Below are positions 1-9,617 of a stretch of 11,702 bases of DNA, in pieces. Source of the DNA: Octopus sinensis (Eukaryota). The notes below the pieces were generated by a model. It was given only the letters and a program-made list of their open reading frames with translations, did no database searches and was not told the origin of the DNA. Location: assembly GCF_006345805.1 (NCBI RefSeq), contig NW_021826902.1, positions 1-11,702 of the forward strand, given 5' to 3'. Within the stretch, counting starts at the first letter, position 1. Every line of letters begins with the position of its first letter. A program made the translations under genes and the position numbers.

Positions 1-38
1 ACACACTCATACACACTCACACGCACATATATACGTAT

Positions 39-266
39 GTGTGTATGTGTCTGTCTTTGAGTCTTGTTACCCCCACCCCCCACTTGACAGCTGGTATTGG
101 TTTGTTTTATGCATTTGGTAACCTAGCGATTCCGCAAGAGAGACCGATAGATTTATAAAAATCAAAATGGACAGACACCGGTGTCAATTTGTTCCGCTAA
201 ACCCTTCAAGGCGGTGTCCTCGCATGGCCGCAGTTGACTCTCTGAAAGCAATCAAATAAAAAGATA
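39..266 (+). mobile_element. 3' half of a decayed octopus-type tRNA-SINE, following its internal CA/TG microsatellite; the head lies outside the window
   Basis: Blocks 'ACTTGACAGCTGGTATTGG', 'GTAACCTAGCGATTCCGCAAGAGAGACCGATAG' and 'AAGGCGGTGTCCTCGCATGGCCGCAGT', ending in an A-rich tail (AAATAAAAAGATA), resemble an abundant octopus SINE 3' region as I recall it. Not checked against a library. Confidence 0.65.
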
Positions 267-352
267 CGTATACCAGCCAATAACTACATCGGCGTGTTCT
301 ACAATTTGTACTTTCACAATGACAGGTATTGTTCCATGCTGCTGAGTCAGAC

Positions 353-390
353 ACTTACCTGTGTAAACAAGCAAGAAGCACATGAGTCAG
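353..390 (-). other. Juxtaposed 3' and 5' splice-site consensus (branch point, pyrimidine-rich tract, CAG|GTAAGT)
   Basis: Minus strand reads CTGAC-TCATG-TGCTTCTTGCTTGTTTACA-CAG|GTAAGT. The putative branch A is at 387 and the junction is between 359 and 358. Confidence 0.4.
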
Positions 391-730
391 ATTTTTTGTG
401 TGATAGATATTCTGATGGTGAGCGGAAGTAATGGTCGTGGTAACAATAGCGAACGGACGGGATGGGTCGGGCCGGAGTTGGCTGTCATTATCTCGACGAT
501 TAATTAATCGATGACTTTTTAATGATAAATCATGGTCTCGTATTGAAGGCTAGTTGGATCGATAACGATGGTTCTCGATGTGAACGTTAAGATAAATGAT
601 GTATGAGCAACGATGAGGAGAAGATAAGGAAGAAGACGATGGTAGAAGTTAATATTCAGTAAAATGGAGGCCATCGGAGAGACAATCAGGACGACTGTGT
701 TAATTTTTGTCGTTGCTGTTGGGGACATTA

Positions 731-860
731 ATGATGATAATAATGAAGATAATGATGATGATATTAAGAGCGCTGCTAAAAAAATAAAATAGCGATGGTG
801 GTGATGATGATGACGATGATGATAACGACAATGACGATGACGACGATGATAGTAATTTTG

Positions 861-893
<33 letters not shown>

Positions 894-1050
894 GTGGTGG
901 TGATGATGATGATGATGATGATGATGATGGTGATGATGATAATGGTGATGATGATGATGATGATGATAATGGTGATGATGATAACGACAATGACGATGAC
1001 GACGATGATAGTAATTTTGAGGAAGATGATGATGATGATTATGATTATGA
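731..1050. repeat. Imperfect (GAT)n/(ATC)n trinucleotide repeat with an internal 50-bp perfect duplication
   Basis: Runs of GAT with GGT/GAC/AAT variants. The unit GATGATGATAACGACAATGACGATGACGACGATGATAGTAATTTTGAGGA occurs at 815-864 and 974-1023. This explains the poly-H, poly-S and poly-M ORFs. Confidence 0.95.
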
Positions 1051-1139
1051 TTGCTTACTTGAGCAAAGGCATTGAGATTGTACCGAAAAAAGATCCTTAA
1101 AACAAAAAAAAACTCCATACAATTTATATGTATACTTAC

Positions 1140-1268
1140 CATGTATAATTTTAGAATAGATTCGCGTTAAAAATGCAAGCAAAACGGACCAGACATAATG
1201 ATCGGAGACAAGAGAAAAAAGAAACTGTGCATGGTAGTAAATATCTATTGTTCGCTAAGTAGTGTTAG
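1140..1268 (-). other. Candidate 129-nt non-coding (5'UTR-like) exon ending in ATG
   Basis: Minus strand: upstream TTTTCCTCTTT-CACTAAC-ATTTAACATT-CAG| acceptor (AG at 1270-1269) and downstream ATG|GTAAGT donor (exon ends at 1140). All three frames contain early stops. Confidence 0.3.
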
Positions 1269-1629
1269 CTGAATGTTAAATGTTAGTGAAAGAGGAAAAC
1301 ATTTCTGCCGAATCCACGAGAAATCTGCAGTTACTCCACCCGGACAACGACATTAGATTGAGACATTTGATAATAATTGAGATATTTGGATACGCAACTA
1401 ATTGCTTCAGTGCTAATCTCAAAACAGCAAGGCATCATAAAACCAGAAATAATTAAGAAATTGCCGCTACAAGCCATCTAAAGGCGGTGTGAAAGTATGT
1501 GAAGCGTTCTAATAGAGCGTGTAATAGATGCACGCACAAGTGGGTAGACGTGTAAACATACGCATGAGTCAAAGATATACAATCCACGCATGCAATGGCA
1601 TTCATGCTGGCACGCATGCGTACCTTCGT

Positions 1630-1674
1630 ACATACATACGTGCATGTATAGTGTATGTATATATATGTGTGTGT

Positions 1675-1708
<34 letters not shown>

Positions 1709-1710
1709 GT

Positions 1711-1746
<36 letters not shown>

Positions 1747-1903
1747 TGTGTGTATATATATATATATAAATATACTATATTTCTATATATATATATATGT
1801 ATATATATACATACATACACATATGTGTGTACAATATACATACACACACATGAATATATATATACATGAATACATGCACACATATATATGATATATATGC
1901 ATA

Positions 1904-1950
<47 letters not shown>

Positions 1951-2020
1951 TTGAAGATATGTATTCACACACACACATATAAACCTATACATACTTACGC
2001 ATACACAAACACACACATAT
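1630..2020. repeat. Compound (TA)n/(TG)n/(CA)n microsatellite
   Basis: Pure TA runs (e.g. ~1688-1707, ~1915-1948) and a TG run (~1712-1752); the Y/I/H/T/C/V-rich ORFs are artefacts of these. Confidence 0.95.
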
Positions 2021-2208
2021 TGCATCAGAGTATTTTAAGCGTTTTTCCAGTGAGCAGTGCGTCGATGCTGTTATGTGCAATTCACAGCAAAATATCATAT
2101 TAAAAAGAATAAAAAATAAAAAATGCAAAAAAATCAAATAACTCTATTGACATTACAAATAATTGTTGACGAAAATTCTTGGTTGTGGTTTAACATTTAT
2201 TGCTTAGC

Positions 2209-2260
2209 CATAAATTCTAAGCGCTTTCACGTCCATGATTCTTCATCAGGCGAATTTACG
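2209..2260 (-). ncRNA. Degenerate minimal type I hammerhead ribozyme motif (Penelope-like element type)
   Basis: Minus strand: CGTAAATTC gc CTGATGA AGAATCATGGACGT GAAA GCGC TTA GAATTTATG. It has both core boxes, a 9-bp stem I (one G-U pair) and a palindromic AGCGCT stem III. Stem II pairs poorly. Confidence 0.55.
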
Positions 2261-2576
2261 GTTAATTGTGGCAGGATACATAGGTAAATAACTGTTCCAG
2301 ACATGAAAAAGACTATTTGCATTGTCCACAGCCTACAGAGCTCTGTTCTTAGAGAATTGTGCCTTCGTAATCTGGAATTTTGTGGCATCAGAGAGTATGG
2401 ATAGGTCTATGGGTGTATATTTTTTGTTATATACTGTACTGGGTGGGGTTGTTTGTGAAAATGTTCTCATATACTGATGTAAAACTGCCCTTTTGTAGAT
2501 TTGATGTACGACCCTTCATCGGTGATTTAAGAAAAAATGTAATGTATGTAAGGTTGTTTGTTCCTATATTATGATT

Positions 2577-2653
2577 GTGTGTCTGCGCGTGTGTATGTGT
2601 ATGTGCGTGTGTGCGTGTATGTGTATATGAATGTATGTATGAATATATATATA
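2577..2653. repeat. (TG)n/(TA)n microsatellite forming the left flank of the transposon
   Basis: TGTGTG/TGTATG/TATATA run ending in the TA target dinucleotide at 2652-2653. Confidence 0.9.
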
Positions 2654-2677
2654 CAGGATGCAGTGAATAAATTGTCG
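2654..2677 (+). repeat. Left terminal inverted repeat of the maT element
   Basis: CAGGATGCAGTGAATAAATTGTCG, preceded by TA. Confidence 0.9.
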
Positions 2678-2773
2678 TTTAAATTACACAAAAAATGAAA
2701 ATAACACTGACATCATTTTAACAAATATTTACCAAAATTACATAAAAATATCTTGAAATACTAAAGAGTAAAT

Positions 2774-3822
2774 TTATTCAATAAAATCGCCATTGACTTC
2801 AATCACGGCCTCCAGACGACTTCGGAATCTCTTGCAACTCTTCTAGACAGTCTCCTTTTTTAAGTTGGTCAATGCTGCCATATCCTTGCCGTCAGTACAT
2901 TTTGGTGTTACAAGGAGTTTTGTTGGTCTCACGCTCATCTGTGACCCACACATGACAACCAAGGGGGTTGCAGTCTGGGGAGCTAGGTGGCCAGATGTTA
3001 GGGGTGATGTGATCGCAGAAACTGTCTGACAGCCATGACTGGGTTCTCCTGCTTGTGTGGCATCGTGCAGAGTCCTGTTGCCAGACATAGAGTCTTCCAG
3101 CAGCCACCCTCTTCACCCAGAGCAGTACTACCTCCTCCAGGCACTCAATGTAGACCTCTGTATTGAGTCTGAGGCCGTGTGGGAAGATGAATGGAGGTAT
3201 AACGTCGCCATCACTAATGATCACTCCAAACACCATAATGTTGACTGGACGTTTTGCTTTTATCACTCTCGGTATATATTTTGGGGACACGGCAAGCCAA
3301 CGGATTTTCTGGGTGTTCATCATCTGATCTTGGCAGAAATTTATCTCGTCTGAGAAAAACCAAAGCAAGTTCGGTTGGAGGGGATGTTTGAGTTTGTTCA
3401 AAAGCTTCGCAGCGCGGTCTTTCCTCTTGTCCTTGATGGCTTGGGATAAAAATTGACCATTTTCATCTTGTATTAGGAATACCGAATGTCTTCATGCACT
3501 ACCTGGCTGATAGGAAACTCAGGCACTTCCATGTCCCTGGCGATGGACCTCATCCACTAGGAGGGATCGTTGTCAATCATGGCCTGAATCTTACCAACAA
3601 ATTCAGGATTTTTTTTCTTATCTGAACGATCAGAGTGAGTTTTCCGAGTTGCTGTACCTTTGTAGTCACCATTAAACTGATCCAACTCTTTCTGAATTCT
3701 CTGCACTGTCCTCAGATTGACACATCCAAACACTCTGAAATTTTTGTACTGGAGCTACCAGTGCGAATGCCAAGTAGTACAGCATGTCGTTTCCAAATTT
3801 CTGGCAGAGTGAAAAACATCAT
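2774..3822 (-). pseudogene. DD37D (maT) transposase pseudogene
   Basis: Reconstructed reading: MMFFTLPEIWKRHAVLLGIRTG...NLRTVQRIQKEL (HTH-like)...MIDNDPS*WMRSIARDM...WFFSDE...IMVFGVIISDG...WQQDSARCH...WPPSSPDCNPLG...RFRSRLEAVIEVNGDFIE*. There are 37 residues between the second D (QQD) and the third catalytic position, which is here G. Stops at 3557-3559, 3473-3475 and 2843-2845; frameshifts near 3721, 3459 and 2880-2900. Confidence 0.93.
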
Positions 3823-3931
3823 GGCGCTATTTTTCTCACAGGCGGTGCCCAACTAACCCTACTATACAGCGTAGTCGAGAAAATCAAAAACAAACAATGC
3901 GCATATGTGAAATTAAATATATACAAAATGG

Positions 3932-3955
3932 CGACAATTTACCCATCGCACCCTG
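3932..3955 (-). repeat. Right terminal inverted repeat of the maT element
   Basis: CGACAATTTACCCATCGCACCCTG, followed by TA. Confidence 0.9.
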
Positions 3956-3977
3956 TATATATGTTTGTATTCATGTC

Positions 3978-4016
<39 letters not shown>

Positions 4017-4233
4017 TATATATATAAATGTATGTGTATGTGTACACATGCAATATATATATGTGTATGTATGTATGTATGTATGTATGTAGTATGTATG
4101 TATATATATATATATTTACATACATGCATATGCATATTTATATATTTATGCATTCACATTCATATGTATTTATATGTTTGTACATATATTTAGACATATA
4201 TATATATATGCATATATGTATATATATGTGTGT

Positions 4234-4278
<45 letters not shown>

Positions 4279-4324
4279 AACATACACACATACACACACA
4301 TGTATATATATTTTTTGTGTGTGC
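3956..4324. repeat. Compound (TA)n/(TATG)n/(CA)n microsatellite forming the right flank of the transposon
   Basis: TA runs at ~3981-4013 and ~4237-4268, and a TATG run at ~4064-4100. Confidence 0.95.
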
Positions 4325-6084
4325 CTGCTGAATAAATCTACGTAGAAAGGGAAAATAAACTATTCTACAATGTGGACAAATAAACGCGGTAATAGATCTA
4401 TCCAATCTGATAACGATGGTAATTTCCAGTTACGTAACAAGTGCTTCTCGTACTGTCTGTATTTTGTAACATTTCAACCTTAGCGATTAAGTAGAGTCTA
4501 TAATTGCGTACATTTTCAAGATTAGATTTTAATCAGTTGTGTAAAGGTTATATATTTTTTTTATTTCCGTTCTTGTAAGGTCTTTTCATTAAGAATCTAT
4601 TTAATGTTATTTCGAAACTACTTTTTGAGCTAACACTTTGGTATAATGTTATTATACAACCGGTTTCATTTTCATAGTGATAACATCCACTTCATATTTC
4701 GTTGCTGCTGTATTACAAGAGATACTGTGTTGATATGTACTGACTTTAATACATGAATACCTGATCTCAGTTTTCATACTAGTGGTATAATTGTAGTTTA
4801 ATAGCTGTTGTATATACATGCATAAACGTAATACCCTACTCCACTCAAGTTTTTAAGACACTTAATGACCTCGACAGAAAGATTTCCAATTTCTTCCCAA
4901 GAAAACAATTAAACGATAGATCTGAGTTTTCAATATATCAAGGGCATATGAAAGAATTGGAAATTACCTTCACTACTAGAACATTCCTGACAGCCCCCTA
5001 ACATCCCTACCTGTATTCATTGAGGGGTGTATTCTTTCTCTTTTGTATTATCTATTAATTAGCATTCGTACTCAGCTGGTATGTGTGTCTTCGCGTATAT
5101 TTATATGTATGTACACATACATGTGTATGTGTGTTGTGTGTGTATACGTCTCCTTTTCTACTTATACACCTTTAGTTTTATTTGTTGTCTTAAAATTTTT
5201 ATTTCATTATTTAATTATCACATTTCCTTCTTTTATTGATTTCTGTTTATTATTGTCAACACAAAGAGAAATAAATAAATTTCGTGCATTAAGCTTTATT
5301 CCCACACTAAGGAATACTTTTAAAGATTTAAAATTGTATATATGTTAAATCACGTTCAATAAACAAGTTTGATAAATATCCAATGAATATTAATTTAGAT
5401 CAAATATCAATCAAGTAATAGCTTACTATACGCTCGTACAACTATGTTCAAAATTCCGCTGAAACTAACGATTTCACTGCTTTGCTTTCTTGGAATCACA
5501 GGCGGCCTTTATCGAGACGACAGGCTTCTATTCCTAAGTGGTGTCAATCCGTGAGTGTCCAATGGATTCAGAAAAAATCCTAGTTTCAAATAATTGTAGA
5601 AGCTAATCTCCCCAAGACAAACTATGTTATTCTAGTCCTATCCACTTTCTTTTCTTACATGAGTCACAAACCTAATGAAATGTTAAATTAATTTTCTTAG
5701 ACACTTTATTTATCCAACCTTTCTTTCTCACTTAATGTACCTATTTTTTTTTTACATATAACAATGAAACTTTGGTCAGAAACAATTTTCACCTCCCATC
5801 CCAATGACAGAAACAGCAAATAACAAGATACGAAACAACATAACTTAATACGCGCCTCGGTCCAATATAACAGTCACTAAACCATTAGATCAAGTATCTC
5901 TAAGTCCCTTAAGAAGTATTTTCTCTTAAGTCATAAATAAAATTGCTATCAACTTTCGCATTCACCTACTCAATAGCTATTCACAAAATATTCCGCGTTG
6001 TATTTAAAGAAAAGTTAAGTTTTAAAAGCCGGTTATATTCTCATACCGATAACATACCGATAACAATGTCTTATACCTCATTTT

Positions 6085-6325
6085 GGCGTGCATGGCTTAG
6101 TGGTTAAGGTGTTGATCTTATGATCGTAAGGTTATGGTTTCGATTCCTGGATCGGGTGATGCGTTGTGTTCTTGAGCAAAACACTTCATTTCACCTTGCT
6201 CCAGTCCACTCAGCTGGCAAAAATGAGTAATCCTGCGACGGACTGGCGTCCCGTCCAGGTGGGGAATTTCTATGCCGCTGAAACCGGGAAACCGGCCCTT
6301 ATGAGCCCGGCATGGCTCGAGAAGG
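6085..6325 (+). mobile_element. tRNA-derived SINE with a CORE-like central domain
   Basis: Starts GGCGTGCA; A box TGGCTTAGTGG (6093-6103); B-box-like GTTTCGATTCC (6137-6147). CORE-like block TTGTGTTCTTGAGCAAAACACTTCATTTCACCTTGCTCCAGTCCACTCAGCTGGCAAAAATGAGTA follows, then CCTGCGACGGACTGGCGTCCCGTCCAGG. It is a GC-rich island in AT-rich flanks. Possible partial TSD ATACCTC at 6073-6079 and 6326-6332. Confidence 0.85.
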
Positions 6326-6741
6326 ATACCTCGATACACGTGCCTATATCAACTAATATGCTTCAACATTGTTTTTGTGTATAAAATATTTTATGTTATT
6401 AAACAATCCTCTAATAAATATTTTTTCACCCCACTGTTATTAACGTTTGTAAATCCACCATAGTTAACTCCTCATTGACGTGTATAACTGTTAGCCTTAT
6501 TTTGTATTGTTTTTGGCTTTGATTGTATTAACATTTCAACTGACTTCACTTATTTTTTCATCTTTGCTTCGTTCTATCTCGACACTCCAAAGAGTATTAT
6601 CGAAACTGTATTATCATATTAAATGTCGATTTAATCGAATAAAAAGCACCCCCCACTCTATATTTGTTGTATATTAAGTACTTTCTATTCGGCAGTGACT
6701 ACTTCTGTTTCAACCAACAAATTTTTTTTACCATACAACAA

Positions 6742-6754
6742 ATATATATATATA

Positions 6755-6786
<32 letters not shown>

Positions 6787-7045
6787 CAAAAAAATATACT
6801 TATATATATAACACACATATTCATATATATATATTTTATATTAAAAATATATGTATATATACATGTATATATACAGACATATGTATATATATATGTATAT
6901 ATATGTATATATGCATATATGCAGCTATATATGCATGTATGTGACATCGGATGATTGCATACAAGAATGTATGAAAGTATATAAATATATCTGTATATGC
7001 ATGAGTGTATGTTTATATTTATATATATATATGTATGTGAATGCA
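6742..7045. repeat. Degenerate (TA)n/(TATG)n low-complexity tract
   Basis: Alternating TA with occasional G/C substitutions. Confidence 0.9.
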
Positions 7046-7844
7046 TAAACAAAACAAAATAAAAACAAACATATTGGCATAAGGGTTTTTTTGTTACGAT
7101 TTTCATTTATTTTTTAAGTCAGTTTCTGAATGGAAAAAGTATCACAGGAATATGAAGGCTTGAAAGAATTGCTTCGGCCAATATCACCAGGGCTTTTGAC
7201 TGTCTTTTTTTTTAAATTTAAAAAAATATATTTTTGCTTTTTCTTTTAAAATATATATCGGCGTTCTTTTATAAATTTTGAAATATTTTATATATTTATT
7301 TAACGGTATAATAAAATTTGTAAGTGCTTGTACCATAGAGAAACATCAACCAAAATATACTGATTGGCCTAATGCATTGCCCTGTGTAACTCCACTACCT
7401 GGTCTTTGGGTGACTTTAGCGGATTTCATTCTATTTTGAGGCTATGCCCGAATTTTTCTGCAAAGGTACTGCTCCTTTATCGAAATACTAATTAAAAAAG
7501 ATGAAAAAGAAAAAAAAACCAAACACTCTATCTAACCTTAGGAATTTTATCAACGCAGATTACCTCTAGTCTTCTAGAACTAGGGGTTTTCTTTTTAGCT
7601 TCCCTATTTATTAAGATAATTATGTAGCAATACGTTGTCAATATGGTGATAATTGGCCGAAGTATTTTTTCATTTGTTGTATCTGGTAGAAAAGTAGCAC
7701 ACAAGCAAATTTACTTCCATCGTCCAAGAAAGAAAAAAATAGGGGCAAATTGGTGGTTTTTAAAAAAAAAATTTTGTATGAAAGAGGAGAAAATTGCAAA
7801 GTCATATAAAGTTATTTCTAAAACTGTAACAGTTTCATGGAAAA

Positions 7845-7899
7845 TGTGTGTGTATTTGTGTGTGTGCTTGTGTGTGTGTATCCGTGCGTGCGCATGCGT
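7845..7899. repeat. (TG)n microsatellite
   Basis: Imperfect TG run ending in GCGTGCGCATGCG. Confidence 0.85.
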
Positions 7900-8012
7900 T
7901 TAAATCTAGATGTACCCTCATACACTAACAACCGGCCTATAAGTTCAGACCCTTAATGGATTCTAACATTAGGGTCAACTGCATAAAGTATTCTTGCTTA
8001 AAGTAATGCACG

Positions 8013-8020
8013 TATATATA

Positions 8021-8073
<53 letters not shown>

Positions 8074-8484
8074 ATATATATATGTGTATATATATATGTA
8101 TATACATATATATATATATATACATACATACATATATATATTTATATATGCATATAAAAACAGATGAGTGGTACAATAAGGCACCAATATAATTATGTAT
8201 GTATTTATATATATATGTATATATATATATGTATATATATATATGTGTATATGTGTGTATATATATACAGGCATATATATACATTATTATATGTATATGT
8301 ATACATATATATACACACATGCACACATACATACATACAGTCTAGGTGACATATAAAATATACTTAATACTTGAACACAAGCATACAAATATGCACGCAC
8401 ACACAATCAAACATCAAAACACACACTCAAACACATACACACACACACACACACACACACTCACATATGTAGTATATGTGTATA
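8013..8484. repeat. Compound (TA)n ... (CA)n microsatellite region
   Basis: Long TA runs at ~8013-8150 and ~8205-8265, and a CA run at ~8437-8460. Confidence 0.93.
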
Positions 8485-8912
8485 AAGAAATGAAGTAATA
8501 AATATTCCTTCAAACATTATTAATATTTGTTGCTGACATTTAGAATCAAGGTCACATGGTCAACACTCTGGCTTCACTCAGCTTTCAAATACCAGACGAC
8601 ATGGTTTATTCTAAGGCATCGCATGATTACTCGTTTGCATACGTATATCGTGCTGTTATTTAGTTATACATCAAATAAGAACGACAACGACCACGAAGAT
8701 GTCAAGCCATTCAATCTATCTCCACACTATTCGTATATTCTTCACTTATTTTACGGTTTTTTACGGTTTTTTTCAGTATGCTTCTTTTCTGACAATGAAT
8801 TATATTCTTTTCTGACATCAGAATTATATTCTCAAAGAACACACAGTGAGTCTCTTTTGTGGATTTTACTGAAGTGATTTCTGCCGACAAAGCAAAACTA
8901 CCAGTAGTATTA

Positions 8913-9316
8913 ATCTTTTCTACTCTAGGCACAAGGCCCTAAATTTTGGGGGAAGGGGGGGGCAGTCGATTAGATCGACCCCAGTACACAACTGGTACTT
9001 AATTTATCGACCCCGAAAGATGAAAGGCAAAGTCAACCTCGGCAGCATTTGAACTCAGAATGTAGCCGCAGACGAAATACCTATTTCTTTACTACCCACA
9101 AGGGGCTAAACACAGAGAGAGACAAACAAGGACAGACAAACGGATTAAGTCGGTTATATCAACCCCAGTGCGTAACTGGTACCTATTTAATTGACCCCAA
9201 AAGGATGAAAGGCAAAGTCGACCTCGGTGGAATTTGAACTCAGAATGTAGCAGCGGACAAAATACCGCTAAGCATTTCGCCCGGCGTGCTAACGTTTCTG
9301 CCAGCTCACCGCCTTT
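8913..9316 (-). mobile_element. Full-length octopus-type tRNA-SINE with a duplicated central domain and an 11-bp TSD
   Basis: Minus-strand head GGCGGTGAGCTGGCAGAAACGTTAG (from 9313); B box GAGTTCAAATTCC (9241-9229); central block GAGGT(C/T)GACTTTGCCTTTCATC...GGGGTC...GTACCAG present twice (9148-9266 and 8964-9081). Flanked by a perfect direct repeat CAGTAGTATTA at 8902-8912 and 9317-9327. Confidence 0.92.
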
Positions 9317-9532
9317 CAGTAGTATTATTGAAAACTTATAGCGTATAAGTACTAATATATTACGGATCAGTGTTGCTTTTGGAAATGAATATTCAATAGT
9401 TTGTTCAGCTGTATCATATACTCGTGAACATGGTGTGGAAGTGACGTGAACTGTTAACATTATTCTCACGTGGATCAAACGTGAAACTCAATGACAGGGT
9501 CATGCCCTAGAACTGCAGCTATGAGTGCATAC

Positions 9533-9614
9533 GTGTGTGTGTGTGTATGTGTGGCTGCGTGTGTGTGGCTGTGTGTGAGTATGTGTGTGAGTGTATGCTT
9601 ATGAATATATATAT
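9533..9614. repeat. (TG)n/(TA)n microsatellite
   Basis: Imperfect TG run followed by a short TA run. Confidence 0.85.
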
Positions 9615-9617
9615 AAC

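Larger units (their letters stand above)
2654..3955 (-). mobile_element. Full-length (1302 bp) Tc1/mariner superfamily DNA transposon, DD37D (maT) family, inactivated
   Basis: TA at 2652-2653 and 3956-3957. Left TIR CAGGATGCAGTGAATAAATTGTCG (2654-2677) matches the reverse complement of the right TIR, CAGGGTGCGATGGGTAAATTGTCG (3932-3955), at 19/24 positions. An internal transposase lies on the minus strand. Confidence 0.95.

Noticed and set aside
519-1142. 207-aa His-rich ORF, the overlapping poly-Ser and poly-Met ORFs, and an open poly-Asp frame
   Set aside because: These are read-throughs of a (GAT)n repeat, which stays open in several frames. The poly-Asp frame has a stop at 785-787 and no start codon, and no domain is recognisable.
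1453-2103. Many Y/I/H/T/C/V-rich ORFs (also at 3784-4405, 6664-7106, 7937-8349, 10285-10591 and 10859-11567)
   Set aside because: They are translations of TA/TG/CA/TAT microsatellites.
3057-3353. 98-aa plus-strand ORF (also 3635-3856)
   Set aside because: Antisense shadow ORFs of the transposase.
6042-6065. 11-bp tandem duplication CATACCGATAA x2 (similarly TTTTACGGTT x2 near 8749-8770)
   Set aside because: Ordinary slippage duplications; no spacers, not CRISPR-like.
6085-6160. tRNA-like sequence with A and B boxes
   Set aside because: It continues directly into a SINE body and lacks a proper acceptor stem, so it is a SINE head rather than a tRNA gene.
8777-8845. Possible 69-nt plus-strand exon (TTTTTTTCAG| ... 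CA|GTGAGT) inside ORF 8527-8877
   Set aside because: It consists mostly of a local ~23-bp tandem duplication (8782-8832), gives no recognisable peptide and has no partner exons.
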